A DNA stretch of 64,000 bases from Candidatus Dormiibacterota bacterium (GCA_963718525.1 OY970355.1:1856001-1920000); one strand, 5' to 3'. Counted from the first letter of the stretch, positions 1-9,963 are shown. Program-made: numbers and translations. Notes: generated by a model not told the origin, from the letters alone.

Positions 1-621
1 ATGGTGCTGGTGCCGGTGGATGCACCCGGCGTGACCATCGTGCGGCAGCTCAAGGTGTTCGGTTTCGACGATCCGGGCAGTCATTGCGAGATCCTGCTCG
101 AGAACGTGCGGGTGCCACAGAGCAACCGCATCGGGGATGAGGGGACCGCGTTCATGATTGCTCAGGCGCGGCTTGGCCCGGGGCGTCTGCATCACTGCAT
201 GCGCCTGATCGGGGCTGCGGAGCGGGCGCTGTCGTTGATGTGCGAGCGGGCGAAGTCACGCACGGCGTTCGGCAAACGGCTCGCTGAGCAGGGCGTGGTG
301 CGCGAGCAGATTGCCAGGTCGCGCATCGAGATCGAGCAGGCGAGGTTGTTGTGCCAGAAGGCGGCATGGCTGCTCGATACGCAGGGCAGCCTCGGCGCCC
401 GGTTCGAGATCTCGGCGATCAAGGTCGTCGCGCCCAATGTTGCGCAGGCGGTCATCGACCGCGCGATTCAGGTGCACGGCGGGGCCGGGGTGTCGCAGGA
501 CCTGCCGCTGACTCAGATGTTTGCGTACGCGCGCTCGGCGCGGTTCATGGACGGGCCGGACGAGGTGCACCTTTCGATCATCGGGCGTGAGGAGCTGAAG
601 CGCGAGGAGGGTCGCGCGTAG
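1..621 (+). CDS. Acyl-CoA dehydrogenase, C-terminal part (5' truncated by window)
   Basis: [24 protein letters not shown] and DGPDEVH motifs typical of the ACAD10/11-like family. Confidence 0.92.
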   Translation: MVLVPVDAPGVTIVRQLKVFGFDDPGSHCEILLENVRVPQSNRIGDEGTAFMIAQARLGPGRLHHCMRLIGAAERALSLMCERAKSRTAFGKRLAEQGVVREQIARSRIEIEQARLLCQKAAWLLDTQGSLGARFEISAIKVVAPNVAQAVIDRAIQVHGGAGVSQDLPLTQMFAYARSARFMDGPDEVHLSIIGREELKREEGRA

Positions 622-681
622 GGTCTGATTGCGCTCCGCGCAGCTCTCGGCCGGCTTCGCGGGGTTACTGCGGGCAGTTAC

Positions 682-1614
682 TCAGCTCAGACGGCGCCGT
701 ATCCAGACAACGGCAATACCGATACACACCAGCGAGATCGCGGCGTAGAAGCCGGCCTCGATGAACTGAAACGGCCAGAAGCGATCCGCGGGTTGGAAGA
801 CCACACTGGCGTGGATGCCGTACTGCGCCAGGCACGGCCCCGCCAACTTCGGTCCTTGAAGAAGCTCTCGCCCGCAGAGTTGGAATGCCTGCGCCTCGAA
901 CACCTGATGTCCGAACCTGTCCACCAGGCCCTGGTCGAGGATCCACGCGCCGGGTGGGGCGGCGTTGCTCGTGTCGAGGAGCGTGACGGGGGTCGCGAAG
1001 TGCGGCCGCGCCAGGAACTCGATCGGCAGACGCACCGCGAGGAATCCGGCGAGGGTCACGATCATTGCCGGGATGGTGCGACGGAGTAGCGTCCCCGCGA
1101 GGACCCCAAGCGACACCGCGAAGAGACTGTATGCCAGGGGCATCAAGCCCTCGAAGTCGAAGCCCGAGGCATCGAACGAAGAATTGATGATGTCCCACGG
1201 CTGCCGCCACCAGCTCAGGAGCAATGTCATGGCTCCTCCCACCGCAGCGGCGAGCACCACGATCCCGGTGATCTTGACGGCGATCCAGCGCCGGCGCGTG
1301 ACCGACTGAGTCCAGGCGAGCCGATGTGTCCCGCGTTCGAGTTCGCGAGCCACGAGGGGCGCACCCACGAAGAGGCCCAGCGACAGCGGAATCACATTGA
1401 GCCATCCGCTCAGATTGAAGAGCGTTCCGAATGCGCGGAGGAAGTCTCCCTGCCCACCGCAACTCCGCGCTGCGTTGATGCTCAGGCATGCGAGGCCGCC
1501 TTCGAACCCTCGCATCTCGACACCGGTGCCAACCACCGCAGCAGCGAGGAGCGCCAGCAGGACGGCCAGGCCAAGATACGCACCTCGCAACTGGCGCCAG
1601 GTGAGCCAGATCAT
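682..1614 (-). CDS. ABC transporter permease
   Basis: Multiple TM segments, GAPLVARELERGT motif; coupled to upstream ATPase. Confidence 0.88.
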   Translation of the reverse strand: MIWLTWRQLRGAYLGLAVLLALLAAAVVGTGVEMRGFEGGLACLSINAARSCGGQGDFLRAFGTLFNLSGWLNVIPLSLGLFVGAPLVARELERGTHRLAWTQSVTRRRWIAVKITGIVVLAAAVGGAMTLLLSWWRQPWDIINSSFDASGFDFEGLMPLAYSLFAVSLGVLAGTLLRRTIPAMIVTLAGFLAVRLPIEFLARPHFATPVTLLDTSNAAPPGAWILDQGLVDRFGHQVFEAQAFQLCGRELLQGPKLAGPCLAQYGIHASVVFQPADRFWPFQFIEAGFYAAISLVCIGIAVVWIRRRLS

Positions 1615-2513
1615 CGGGCAGTACCCGACGGGACGACCTCGAGCACCCGATCGGCGTCGACGGGGCTGCGCAGGTACGCGAGCACCATCTCCTCCAGGCT
1701 GACGTCGCGTACCTCGATGCGCGGATCCGGCGTTGCGCCGTCGCCACGTACGAGAGCAGTCAGTTGACGCTCGGTGGCACTCCGCTCGATGACGTGCTGA
1801 CGCCGCAGAAGGATGTCGACCCGCTCACGGGCACCGGTGACGAGGTGGTGCTCCGCCAGCAGCGCTTCCGCCGCCCCGGCGATCACGACGTGCCCATGGG
1901 ACAGCACGATGAGGTGGTCACAAACTCGCTCGAGGTCGGAGATGAGGTGTGAGGACAGGACGACGGTGACGCCGCTCTCGGCGACCGTCTCCATCAACAC
2001 TTCAAGGAACTCGCGCCGTGCAAGCGGATCGAGCCTCGCAACGGGTTCATCGAGGAGCAGGATCTCGGGACGCTTCGCTACGGCGACCGCAAGTGCCACC
2101 TGTGCTTGTTGCCCGCCCGATAGCTTCCCGCAAGGACGCTCGAGAGGAATGTCGAGCCGCTGCAACCGCCGGCGGGCTAATCCGTCGTCCCAGCCCGGGT
2201 TCAGATGCGCACCGAAGCGCAGCATGTCAGCGACCGAGAAAGAGCCGTACAGCGGTGCATCCTGTGCGACGAACCCAAGCCTGGCCAGGGTTCTCGCAGG
2301 CTGCCCCCGCATCGATGAGCCGAGGACCTGAATGTCGCCCTCGGTGGGCTCGAGGAGCCCGCTGGCGAGTTGGAGCAGCGTGCTCTTGCCGGCGCCGTTC
2401 GGCCCGATCAACGCGGTCACCGAGCCTATTGGGACTGAGACCGAGCAGTTGCGAAGCGCCCAGACTCTGCCGTATCGACGGCCGACATCGGTCGCCTCGA
2501 CCGCGAGGTTCAC
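1611..2513 (-). CDS. ABC transporter ATP-binding protein
   Basis: Walker A GPNGAGKS, LSGGQ, LLLDEP, SSH. Confidence 0.95.
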   Translation of the reverse strand: MNLAVEATDVGRRYGRVWALRNCSVSVPIGSVTALIGPNGAGKSTLLQLASGLLEPTEGDIQVLGSSMRGQPARTLARLGFVAQDAPLYGSFSVADMLRFGAHLNPGWDDGLARRRLQRLDIPLERPCGKLSGGQQAQVALAVAVAKRPEILLLDEPVARLDPLARREFLEVLMETVAESGVTVVLSSHLISDLERVCDHLIVLSHGHVVIAGAAEALLAEHHLVTGARERVDILLRRQHVIERSATERQLTALVRGDGATPDPRIEVRDVSLEEMVLAYLRSPVDADRVLEVVPSGTAR

Positions 2514-2902
2514 GCGATATCCTCGACCGCGATCTCGCGCCGGGTTGCCGCGATCAGGGCATCGACCGCCTCGTCATCAAGGCCGGCTGCCCCGGCCTCC
2601 GCGAACCACCTCCTCAACCGCCGGCGCAGTGACTGGAGGTCCTCGACACGGGGACCCGGGAGGTCCCGCACGACGAACGTTCCCTGCCCCTGCCTGGTGG
2701 CGACAAGGCCGGCGTGCTCCAGCTCGCCATACGCTTTCAAGACCGTGTTGGGGTTGATCGCCAGGCGTCCGACCACGTCTTTCGCCGTCGGCAATTGGTC
2801 GCCCGGCGCCAGCAGGCCGATGCGGAGCGCCTGCCGAACCTGACGCACGAGCTGCATGTACGTCGGGACACCAGACCTGGGATCGAGCCGGAAATCGATC
2901 AT
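2510..2902 (-). CDS. GntR family (YtrA subfamily) transcriptional regulator
   Basis: Short GntR wHTH (GDQLPT...INPNTVLKAY...GQGTFV) heading an ABC operon. Confidence 0.93.
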   Translation of the reverse strand: MIDFRLDPRSGVPTYMQLVRQVRQALRIGLLAPGDQLPTAKDVVGRLAINPNTVLKAYGELEHAGLVATRQGQGTFVVRDLPGPRVEDLQSLRRRLRRWFAEAGAAGLDDEAVDALIAATRREIAVEDIA

Positions 2903-2920
2903 CGCTGCCCCTATAGAGCT

Positions 2921-2964
2921 ATACCACTAGTGACATAGTACTATCGTGCCAGGTGCCCTGTCAA
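2921..2964 (-). promoter_or_regulatory. Sigma70-type promoter (TTGACA-18-TACTAT) overlapped by an AT-rich imperfect palindrome, probable YtrA operator
   Basis: Minus strand TTGACA 2964-2959, TACTAT 2940-2935; ACTA-gtgaca-TAGT inverted repeat. Confidence 0.7.
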
Positions 2965-3001
2965 TTGCCGAGGAGCTCCTGGTTCCCGTCCGGGCTCGCC
3001 G

Positions 3002-3505
3002 CTAGGTGTCGCGGTCGGTGGCCCCGTCGATCCGTTCGCGGAGCAGGTCCGCGTGGCCGTTGTGGCGCGAGTACTCCTCGATCATGTGGTTGAGGATCCA
3101 GCGCATCGAGACTTCCCGGCCGGTCTTTTGGCGACCGGTCGCGTCGAGGGCGCGGCGGGAGATGATCTCGTCGGCCTGTTCGCGCTCCTCGCGCCAGGCA
3201 GCGAATGCTTCGTCAGGATCGGCGGTGTCGACGTTTTCGAAGTCGCCGTCGCGGTCGTCGGCGGACGAGTACCGATCGGCGACATCCTCTCCGGCGAGCG
3301 TCCGCCGGAACCATCCGCGCTCGACGTCGGCCATGTGGCGCACGAGCCCGAGCAGCGACATGGTTGACGGCTCGACCGAACGTCTCCGCAGTTGGTCAGG
3401 CTCGAGATTGGCGCATTTCCGAGCCAGGGTGGCGCGCTGCCATGCAAGGAACGCGAGCAGGGTCGAGCGCTCGTCGCCGGTTCGGGGAATTTCCTCGTAG
3501 TCCAT
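3002..3505 (-). CDS. DinB/DUF664 family protein
   Basis: SLLGLVRHMADVE...WF and HMIEEYSRHNGHADLLRERIDG motifs; start set at MDYEE. Confidence 0.9.
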   Translation of the reverse strand: MDYEEIPRTGDERSTLLAFLAWQRATLARKCANLEPDQLRRRSVEPSTMSLLGLVRHMADVERGWFRRTLAGEDVADRYSSADDRDGDFENVDTADPDEAFAAWREEREQADEIISRRALDATGRQKTGREVSMRWILNHMIEEYSRHNGHADLLRERIDGATDRDT

Positions 3506-3563
3506 TCGGCTGAAAGTATGGCCGGTGTCAGAGCGGGGGACACAGGCGGGCACGCGCCGCTGC

Positions 3564-3581
3564 GAACGTCTGTTCTATACT
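3564..3581 (+). promoter_or_regulatory. LexA (Cheo-type) SOS box GAAC-N4-GTTC abutting a -10 TATACT
   Basis: cGAACGTCTGTTCt at 3564-3575, TATACT 3576-3581, ATG at 3588 (probably leaderless). Confidence 0.8.
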
Positions 3582-3587
3582 ACTGGG

Positions 3588-4802
3588 ATGTGTGATGGCG
3601 AGGACAAGCTGGGACAGCTCGAGCGGCTCCTGCAGGCGGTCGAGGCGTTCGTGGCCTCGCCGGGGGGTGAGATCAGCGGGTTCGACCTCGGCGAGCGTCT
3701 GATCCGCTTTCGCCACGGCATTGACCTCCTCGAGCTCCGCTTCGCCCACGAGGCTGCGACCTTTGCCTCCAGCGATGAGTACGAGGTCCAGGGCTCGAAC
3801 TCCCCGATCGATTGGGTCCGCCACCAGTGCCGGATGTCCAGCACCGCTGCGGCTCGTTCGATCGCCACCGGGGAGGCGGCACCCCAGCTTGCGGCCAGTG
3901 TGGTGGCGCTCCAGGAGGGCCGGATCGGGTTCGCCCATCTCTCCCTGCTCGCGGGGTTGGAGCGGGCCGCGGCGCGCACCGGGCAGAGCTTTGCCGAGGG
4001 TCCCCTCCTCGAGCTTGCCCTCGAGCACTCGGTCGGCCGCTTCGTCAAGGACTGTGAGCACGCCCGCCATGCCGCCGATGCCGCCGCGGTGCTCGCCGAG
4101 CACGTCGATGCGGTCGACGCCCGCTCTCTCGAGCTCACCACCTGCGAGGACGGCCGGCTGGCCGTGCACGGCGTCCTCGACCCGGTCGGCGGGGCCACGC
4201 TGCGGGTGGCCCTGGCACCGCTGTGTGGCCGCTCGGGGGTGGGCGACGAGCGACCCCGGGCTCGCCGCCTCGCCGACGGTCTCGTCGAGCTCGCCATGCA
4301 TGCCCTCGACCACGGCTTCACCACCGAGGGTGGGACGACTCGGACCCATCTCCAGCTCACCGCCTCGGTGGAGACGGTGATGGGGCTGTCCGGTGCGCCC
4401 GGTGGCGAGCTCGAGTTCGCCGGGGTGGTCCCGGCGGCCACGGTGCAGCGGCTCGCCTGTGACGCGAGCATCCGCCGGGTGCTGCTCGGTCCCGACTCTG
4501 CGGTGATCGACGTGGGCCGGGCGCTGCGGGTGCCCTCGGGTGCGGGACGTGCCGCGCTCCGGGTCCGCGACCAGGGCTGCGTCTGGCCGGGCTGTGAGCG
4601 TCCCTCGTCCTGGACCAACGCTCACCACGTCCTCCACTGGGGACACGGCGGGGAGACCAACCTTGAGAATCTGGTCCTGCTCTGCCACCGCCATCACTGG
4701 AAGGCGCATGAGGGTGGCTGGCAGGTGGTCAGGTCAGAGGAGGGGCGAATCCTGACGATCCCGCCGTCGCATAGGTACCAATCGTGGACTCGCGCCGGCT
4801 GA
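3588..4802 (+). CDS. DUF222 + HNH endonuclease protein (REP13E12-like)
   Basis: RRLADGLVEL, RLACDA, RDQGCVWPGC, AHHVLHWGHGGETNLENLVLLCHRHHWKAH. Confidence 0.92.
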   Translation: MCDGEDKLGQLERLLQAVEAFVASPGGEISGFDLGERLIRFRHGIDLLELRFAHEAATFASSDEYEVQGSNSPIDWVRHQCRMSSTAAARSIATGEAAPQLAASVVALQEGRIGFAHLSLLAGLERAAARTGQSFAEGPLLELALEHSVGRFVKDCEHARHAADAAAVLAEHVDAVDARSLELTTCEDGRLAVHGVLDPVGGATLRVALAPLCGRSGVGDERPRARRLADGLVELAMHALDHGFTTEGGTTRTHLQLTASVETVMGLSGAPGGELEFAGVVPAATVQRLACDASIRRVLLGPDSAVIDVGRALRVPSGAGRAALRVRDQGCVWPGCERPSSWTNAHHVLHWGHGGETNLENLVLLCHRHHWKAHEGGWQVVRSEEGRILTIPPSHRYQSWTRAG

Positions 4803-5227
4803 AGTCGGAGTCATGGAGGACTTTGGCGGTTGCGCAGTCGTCTTCGCTTGTCTCGGTGGTTGGATGGGTCTTGACGCGGCGGCCAACGCGGAAGGCGCGA
4901 TAACGGGTTGTGCCTCGACGAATTCGAGGTAGATCTGGTCGATCTGCTGATCGGTGAGGTCGGCCGAGGGCCGCTCGACCTTCACAGCCTCAAGAACCCT
5001 CAGGAGAATGCTCAAGTACTGGTAGAGCGGCCAGCACCTGCGGTCGCGGATATGGTTGGCGAGCCGAGCAAATTCCGGCTCCTTGGTGCGCGATCGCGAT
5101 CGCCGTCCCCTACCGGGGTTCGTCCGGCGTCGGCACCCGCCGCGAGATCGAAACTCGCTTGTGACGAGATCGAGCGACGGTAACGCCGTATATACCCCAT
5201 CCTTGACACCCAGAGCGGTTTCAATTC
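4734..5227 (-). pseudogene. Possible gene fragment of unknown function
   Basis: Open frame with protein-like stretch (KEPEFARLANHIRDRRCWPLYQYLSILLRVLEAV) but no convincing start; overlaps the HNH 3' end. Confidence 0.25.
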
Positions 5228-5249
5228 ACCAGACCGGAAGGGAGCCACG

Positions 5250-5780
5250 ATGACCCCGATTCGATTTCTCATTGGCACGGCACTCGTCGGCATGGTTGCC
5301 GGATGCGGTGCGGCCATCGTCAATGCCCCGGCAGGGGCCACGGCTGCACCGACCGCAGCGGCGACGGCGGCTTCGACCGTTCCGACGGCGGTTCCGACCG
5401 CTGTCCCCACCGCCGCACCGACTCCCGTGCCGACGGCGGTTCCGCCAACGCCTAAGCCGACCCCGGTCGTGACGACCGCTATGGCCAATGCGGCTGCGGC
5501 TGCCGCGCAGTATCTCGCCGAGGGCACCGGATTCTCGAAAGCCGGTTTAATCGCGCAGCTGGATTCCTCGTACGGTGATGGGTACACAGTTGCAGAGGCG
5601 ACCTACGGGGTCGATAGCCTGAACGCGAATTGGGATGCTCAAGCGGCTTTGGCGGCCAAGGCGTACCTCGCCACCGGGACGTTCTCGCGGGCCGCCATGA
5701 TCGCGCAGCTTGATTCCGCGTACGGGGATCAATTCACCTACGCGCAGGCTGTGTACGGCGCGACGGCTGCGGGGCTCTAA
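5250..5780 (+). CDS. Ltp-family surface lipoprotein
   Basis: Lipobox VAGC, Pro/Thr/Ala linker, two repeats A..YL...FS...LI.QL.S.YGD.(F/Y)T...A.YG. Confidence 0.85.
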   Translation: MTPIRFLIGTALVGMVAGCGAAIVNAPAGATAAPTAAATAASTVPTAVPTAVPTAAPTPVPTAVPPTPKPTPVVTTAMANAAAAAAQYLAEGTGFSKAGLIAQLDSSYGDGYTVAEATYGVDSLNANWDAQAALAAKAYLATGTFSRAAMIAQLDSAYGDQFTYAQAVYGATAAGL

Positions 5781-5919
5781 ACCAACTCGACGTTCGCCAC
5801 TACACGCAAAAGTAGTAGCCCGACAGAGCCTCTGAGACACGTCGAAGCGTCGAGTGCACTCTCGATCGTGTGACGCGCTACCCAGCCCCCTCATGGGCTG
5901 CCAGCAGCCCCCGCAGCGA

Positions 5920-5961
5920 TGCCCCGCCCAGATCGAAGGCGCGTGCCCCGCCCAGATCGAA
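5920..5961 (+). repeat. 18-bp direct repeat TGCCCCGCCCAGATCGAA x2
   Basis: Exact copies at 5920-5937 and 5944-5961. Confidence 0.85.
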
Positions 5962-6071
5962 AGAGCTGCTGACGCGTTCGACGCGAGAGTAGCGAATCCA
6001 CAACGACTGGCCCTCCCCGGAGCAGCACGTTGCCGCCGGCGCCTTCCCGCTCGCTACGACCCGACTTCTCA

Positions 6072-6116
6072 GGGCGCAACTGACTGGGCAACCTCGTCAA
6101 TCGTTAATACAACCCC
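6072..6116 (+). repeat. HNH-fragment/foreign junction, motif B copy 1
   Basis: ggcgcaactgactggg-CAACCTCGTCAATCGTTAATACAACCCC. Confidence 0.8.
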
Positions 6117-6318
6117 CTCCGGATTCGCGTGGCGGGGCGAGGCCGAATCTACAGCTGAAGGGGTCGTGGCCAGTCTCTGACACGGGCCCCCCGCTGGCTT
6201 GGGGGCGCACCGCCGCAGGCGGCCGATCCGTCCCACGTCGGAGCCTGCATCCGAACCGGGGATCGTGGGCTGGATCTCGGCGGGCGGCGCGGCTGAGCTG
6301 TGACAGAATTGCGCCGCG

Positions 6319-6780
6319 ATGCCCACCGTACGCGTCAGTGTCAACGGTGCGACGCACGAGCTCGAGGTCGAGCCGCGCGACCTCCTCGTGCACGTCCTGC
6401 GCGAGCGGCTTTCCCTCCACGCGACGAAGGTCGGCTGCGACACCTCGTCGTGCGGTGCGTGCACCGTCCTGCTTGATAGCGAGTCCGTCAAGTCGTGCAC
6501 GGTGTTCGCGGTGCAGGCGGACGGCACCGCCATCACGACGCTCGAGGGACTCGCCCACGGTGGCGACATGCATCCGGTGCAGCGAGCCTTCCATGAGAAC
6601 CACGGCCTGCAGTGCGGCTTTTGCACCCCGGGCATGGTCATGGCGGCGGTCTCGCTGCTGCGCGAGAACCCGCATCCGACCGCGAGCGATGTGCGCCAGG
6701 CGCTCGAGGGCAACATTTGCCGTTGCACGGGATACCACAACATCGTGCAGTCCGTCCTCGCCGCCGCCGCGACGGGCTGA
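6319..6780 (+). CDS. Molybdenum hydroxylase small [2Fe-2S] subunit (CoxS-like)
   Basis: GCDTSSCGAC, QCGFCTPG, GNICRCTGY. Confidence 0.95.
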   Translation: MPTVRVSVNGATHELEVEPRDLLVHVLRERLSLHATKVGCDTSSCGACTVLLDSESVKSCTVFAVQADGTAITTLEGLAHGGDMHPVQRAFHENHGLQCGFCTPGMVMAAVSLLRENPHPTASDVRQALEGNICRCTGYHNIVQSVLAAAATG

Positions 6781-6787
6781 CCCCGCC

Positions 6788-7648
6788 TCAGCCGGTTGCC
6801 CGGTCGAAGGCCTCCTGGACGGTACGACGCGTCAGCACGCGGGCAAGGTGACGTCGAAATTCCGCATCGGCGGAGAGATCGCTTACGGGCGATGTCCCCT
6901 CTGCCGCCAGCTCGGCGGCGCGGGGGATTGAGCCGGCGGCGGCGCCGGCCAGCGCCGCCTCGACCCCCGCGGCGCGCAGTGGGGTCGGGCCCATGTTCGC
7001 GAGCCCCACGACCGCACGGCTGATCTCCCCGTCCCGACGCTCGATGATCGCCGCCACTGCGACCGTCGCCCAGTCCTGCGCACGGCGGCGGAACTTCGTG
7101 TACGCCCAGCCGTGCCGGCGCGGCGGCACGGGGATGCGCACCTCCGCGATCAGCTCGCCCGGCCGCAACGACGTTTCCAGGAACGAAACGACGAGTTCGT
7201 CGACGCCGAGCTCTCGCCGGCCGTCGCGACCGTGGACGACGATCGTGGCATCGAGCGTGCGCAGCGCCGTGGGCACGTCGCCGGCAGGATCGGCGTGCGC
7301 CACCGCGCCTCCGATCGTGCCGCGATGGCGAACCTGCGGATCGCCGATGAGGCTGGCGACATACGCGAGGAGCGGGACATCTTCGCGCAGAACGGCGGAT
7401 GTCGCCACGTCATGATGTCGCGTCAAGGCGCCGATGGCCACGGTCTCTCCCTCCCGGCGCGTGTACGCGAGCTCGCCGCGCAGCGGGCCGATGTCGACGA
7501 GCGTCGACGGCCGCGCCATGCGCAGGCGCATCAGCGGGATGAGAGACATGCCGCCTGCGAGTGCTTTGGCCTCGTCGTCATGGGCGAGCAGCGCCGCCGC
7601 CTCATCGAGGCTGGAAACGCGACGGTACTCGAACGGTGCCGGAATCAC
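6788..7648 (-). CDS. Molybdenum hydroxylase FAD subunit (CoxM-like)
   Basis: MIPAPFEY start (GTG overlapping the coxL stop), LAGGMSLIP, RHRGTIGG. Confidence 0.93.
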   Translation of the reverse strand: MIPAPFEYRRVSSLDEAAALLAHDDEAKALAGGMSLIPLMRLRMARPSTLVDIGPLRGELAYTRREGETVAIGALTRHHDVATSAVLREDVPLLAYVASLIGDPQVRHRGTIGGAVAHADPAGDVPTALRTLDATIVVHGRDGRRELGVDELVVSFLETSLRPGELIAEVRIPVPPRRHGWAYTKFRRRAQDWATVAVAAIIERRDGEISRAVVGLANMGPTPLRAAGVEAALAGAAAGSIPRAAELAAEGTSPVSDLSADAEFRRHLARVLTRRTVQEAFDRATG

Positions 7649-9963
7649 GCGGTCGCCTGAGCATGCGCCGCTGCCAGCGCGGCCACCACGCGCTGCGGCG
7701 AGCAGGGCATGTCGATGTGGCGCACGCCGGCGTGTGACAGGGCGTCGACGACCGCGTTCTGCACCGCCGGCGTCGCCCCGATCGCCCCGGACTCGCCGAT
7801 CCCCTTGGCTCCGAGCGGGTTGATCGGCGTCAGGGTCTCCATGCTGTGCAGCTCGAATGCGGGAAGCTCGGCGGCGGAGATGATCTCGTAGTCGGCGAAT
7901 GTCGAAGTCAGGAGGTTCCCGTCGGGATCGTACGTGATGGACTCGAGGAGCGCCTGGGCGCTGCCCTGCGCGATACCGCCGTGCAGCTGCCCCTCGGCGG
8001 CCACGGGGTTGACGATGCGCCCGGCGTCGTCGACCGCCACGAAACGCCGCAGGACGGTGCCACCGGTCTCGGTGTCGACCTCGACGACCGCCAAGTGCGC
8101 GCCGAACGGAAACGTGCCTCCCCGAACGGCGAATACGTGGTCGATCGCGAGCGCGCCACGCGCAGCGGCGGCCAGGTCCTTCCAGGTTTTGGCATCGAAC
8201 GGGGCACCGGCCACGTGGAATCGGCCGCTCTGCCGATCGAAGAGGACGTCGGCGACGTCGGCCTCGAGCGCCTCGCCGGCGAGGTGACGGGCGCGTTCGA
8301 CGAGCAGGTCGGCGGTCTCGACGACGGCATTGCCAATGGTCTGTACGGAGCGCGATCCGGCGGTGAGGTTGCCGGACCCGATGACGTTTGTGTCGCCGCA
8401 GATGACCTCGACGTCTTCGACCAGCACGCCCAGGCGGTCGCTCGCGATCATCGCCCACGTCGTCGCATGCCCCTGCCCCTGCGGTGAGGAACCGAGGCGC
8501 ACCAGGACGTGACCGTCGGGCCGCATCTCCATCGCGGCCGGCTCGGCGCCCGGAGCGAGCGACGTCACCTCGACGTAGACCGCCAAGCCCAGGCCAAGCT
8601 GCACCGGTCCTCCCTCGATGCGGCGGTGCTCCTGCTCGGCCCGCAGCGAGGCGTAGCCCAACTCCTCGAGCAGCCGGTCGAGCGCGGTCGCATATGCGCC
8701 CGAGTCGTACACCGCCGGCGCCAGCAGCATGCGCGCCATTGGGTCGACGTCGTCGTCGGGTCCGAACGTGCGGCCTGTGCGGGTCGCGAACGGGAACGCG
8801 TCGTCGGGGATCACGTTGCGCCGGCGCACGTCGGCGGGGTCCATGCCGATGCGCGCGGCGAAGAGGTCGACGGCGCGCTCGATGGCGGCGGCTGCCTCGG
8901 GTCGACCTGCACCGCGGAAGGCGATGACGGGGGCCGTCGTCGTCACGACGCTCCGGCCGTGTATCGCGATGTTCTCGATGTCGTAAACGCCCTGCGCCAT
9001 CATGCGGGTCAGATAAGCGAGAAAGGGGGCGACCGCCGGGTAGGCACCCGAGTCCTGGATGATGTCGAGCCGATACGCCTCGATGCGCCCGTCGCGGCTG
9101 CCGCCGATAGTGATGCGCTGCACCTGGGCGCGGCCGTGACCGCCGGCGAGCAGGTTCTCGCTGCGCGTCTCCGTCCAGCGCACGTCCCGGCCGATGTGCC
9201 GTCCTACCCAGGCAACGAGCAGCTCCTCGGGCATGAGATCCGTCTTCGTCCCGAAGCCGCCGCCGACGTCAGGGGCGATGACCCGCACCGCATCCAGCTC
9301 CACGCCGAGAGCGCCTGCCAGCTCGCCGCGGACGGGGTGGACGCCCTGCGTCGAGACCTGGAACGTCAGGTGGCCATCGCTCCATGAGGCCGCCGCGCCT
9401 CGCGTCTCGAGAGGCGACGCCGATACGCGCTGGTTGACGATGCGCTGCTCGACAACGACCTCGCACCGCGCCAGGGCGTCGGCAACGTCGCCGACGGTGA
9501 ACTCGTCGACGAGGTTGGTGCCCGCCTCCGGGAACAGCAGCGTCGCGTCGTCGAGGGCTGCCTCCGGGTCGACGACGGCGGGGAGCGGGACGTAGTCGAC
9601 CTGCACCAGCTCGGCGGCGTCGACCGCCTGCGTACGCGTCTCGGCGACGACGATGGCGACGGCCTCGCCGGAGAAGCGCACCGTGTCGCGAGCCAGCCAT
9701 GGCCGGGCCATCGCGGGGTGGCCGCCGAGCCCGGGAGGCGCCGGCGGGATGTCGACGTCAGCGGCGGTGAGCACGGCGAGGACTCCGCTCGCCGCCGCCG
9801 CCTGAGACGTTTCGATCCCCCGGATGCGTGCGTGAGCGCGGGGGGAGCGGACATAGACGATGTGGGCGGCGTCAGGCAGCTCGATGTCGTCCAGATACGT
9901 CCCGCCGCGAGTCAGCAGGCGGGGATCCTCGGTGCGCAGGACTCGCGTGCCCAGGATGCTCAT
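7645..9963 (-). CDS. Molybdopterin-binding large subunit (form II CoxL-like / xanthine dehydrogenase family)
   Basis: VGGGFG, AFRGAGR, QGQGH, GAKGIGE. Confidence 0.93.
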   Translation of the reverse strand: MSILGTRVLRTEDPRLLTRGGTYLDDIELPDAAHIVYVRSPRAHARIRGIETSQAAAASGVLAVLTAADVDIPPAPPGLGGHPAMARPWLARDTVRFSGEAVAIVVAETRTQAVDAAELVQVDYVPLPAVVDPEAALDDATLLFPEAGTNLVDEFTVGDVADALARCEVVVEQRIVNQRVSASPLETRGAAASWSDGHLTFQVSTQGVHPVRGELAGALGVELDAVRVIAPDVGGGFGTKTDLMPEELLVAWVGRHIGRDVRWTETRSENLLAGGHGRAQVQRITIGGSRDGRIEAYRLDIIQDSGAYPAVAPFLAYLTRMMAQGVYDIENIAIHGRSVVTTTAPVIAFRGAGRPEAAAAIERAVDLFAARIGMDPADVRRRNVIPDDAFPFATRTGRTFGPDDDVDPMARMLLAPAVYDSGAYATALDRLLEELGYASLRAEQEHRRIEGGPVQLGLGLAVYVEVTSLAPGAEPAAMEMRPDGHVLVRLGSSPQGQGHATTWAMIASDRLGVLVEDVEVICGDTNVIGSGNLTAGSRSVQTIGNAVVETADLLVERARHLAGEALEADVADVLFDRQSGRFHVAGAPFDAKTWKDLAAAARGALAIDHVFAVRGGTFPFGAHLAVVEVDTETGGTVLRRFVAVDDAGRIVNPVAAEGQLHGGIAQGSAQALLESITYDPDGNLLTSTFADYEIISAAELPAFELHSMETLTPINPLGAKGIGESGAIGATPAVQNAVVDALSHAGVRHIDMPCSPQRVVAALAAAHAQATA

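Noticed and set aside
5340-5470. DNA repeats in the Ltp linker and the PTPTP tail of cdaR
   Set aside because: Explained by low-complexity Pro/Thr protein linkers.
7645-9963. Form I aerobic CO dehydrogenase
   Set aside because: Lacks AYxCSFR and coxDEFG accessory genes.
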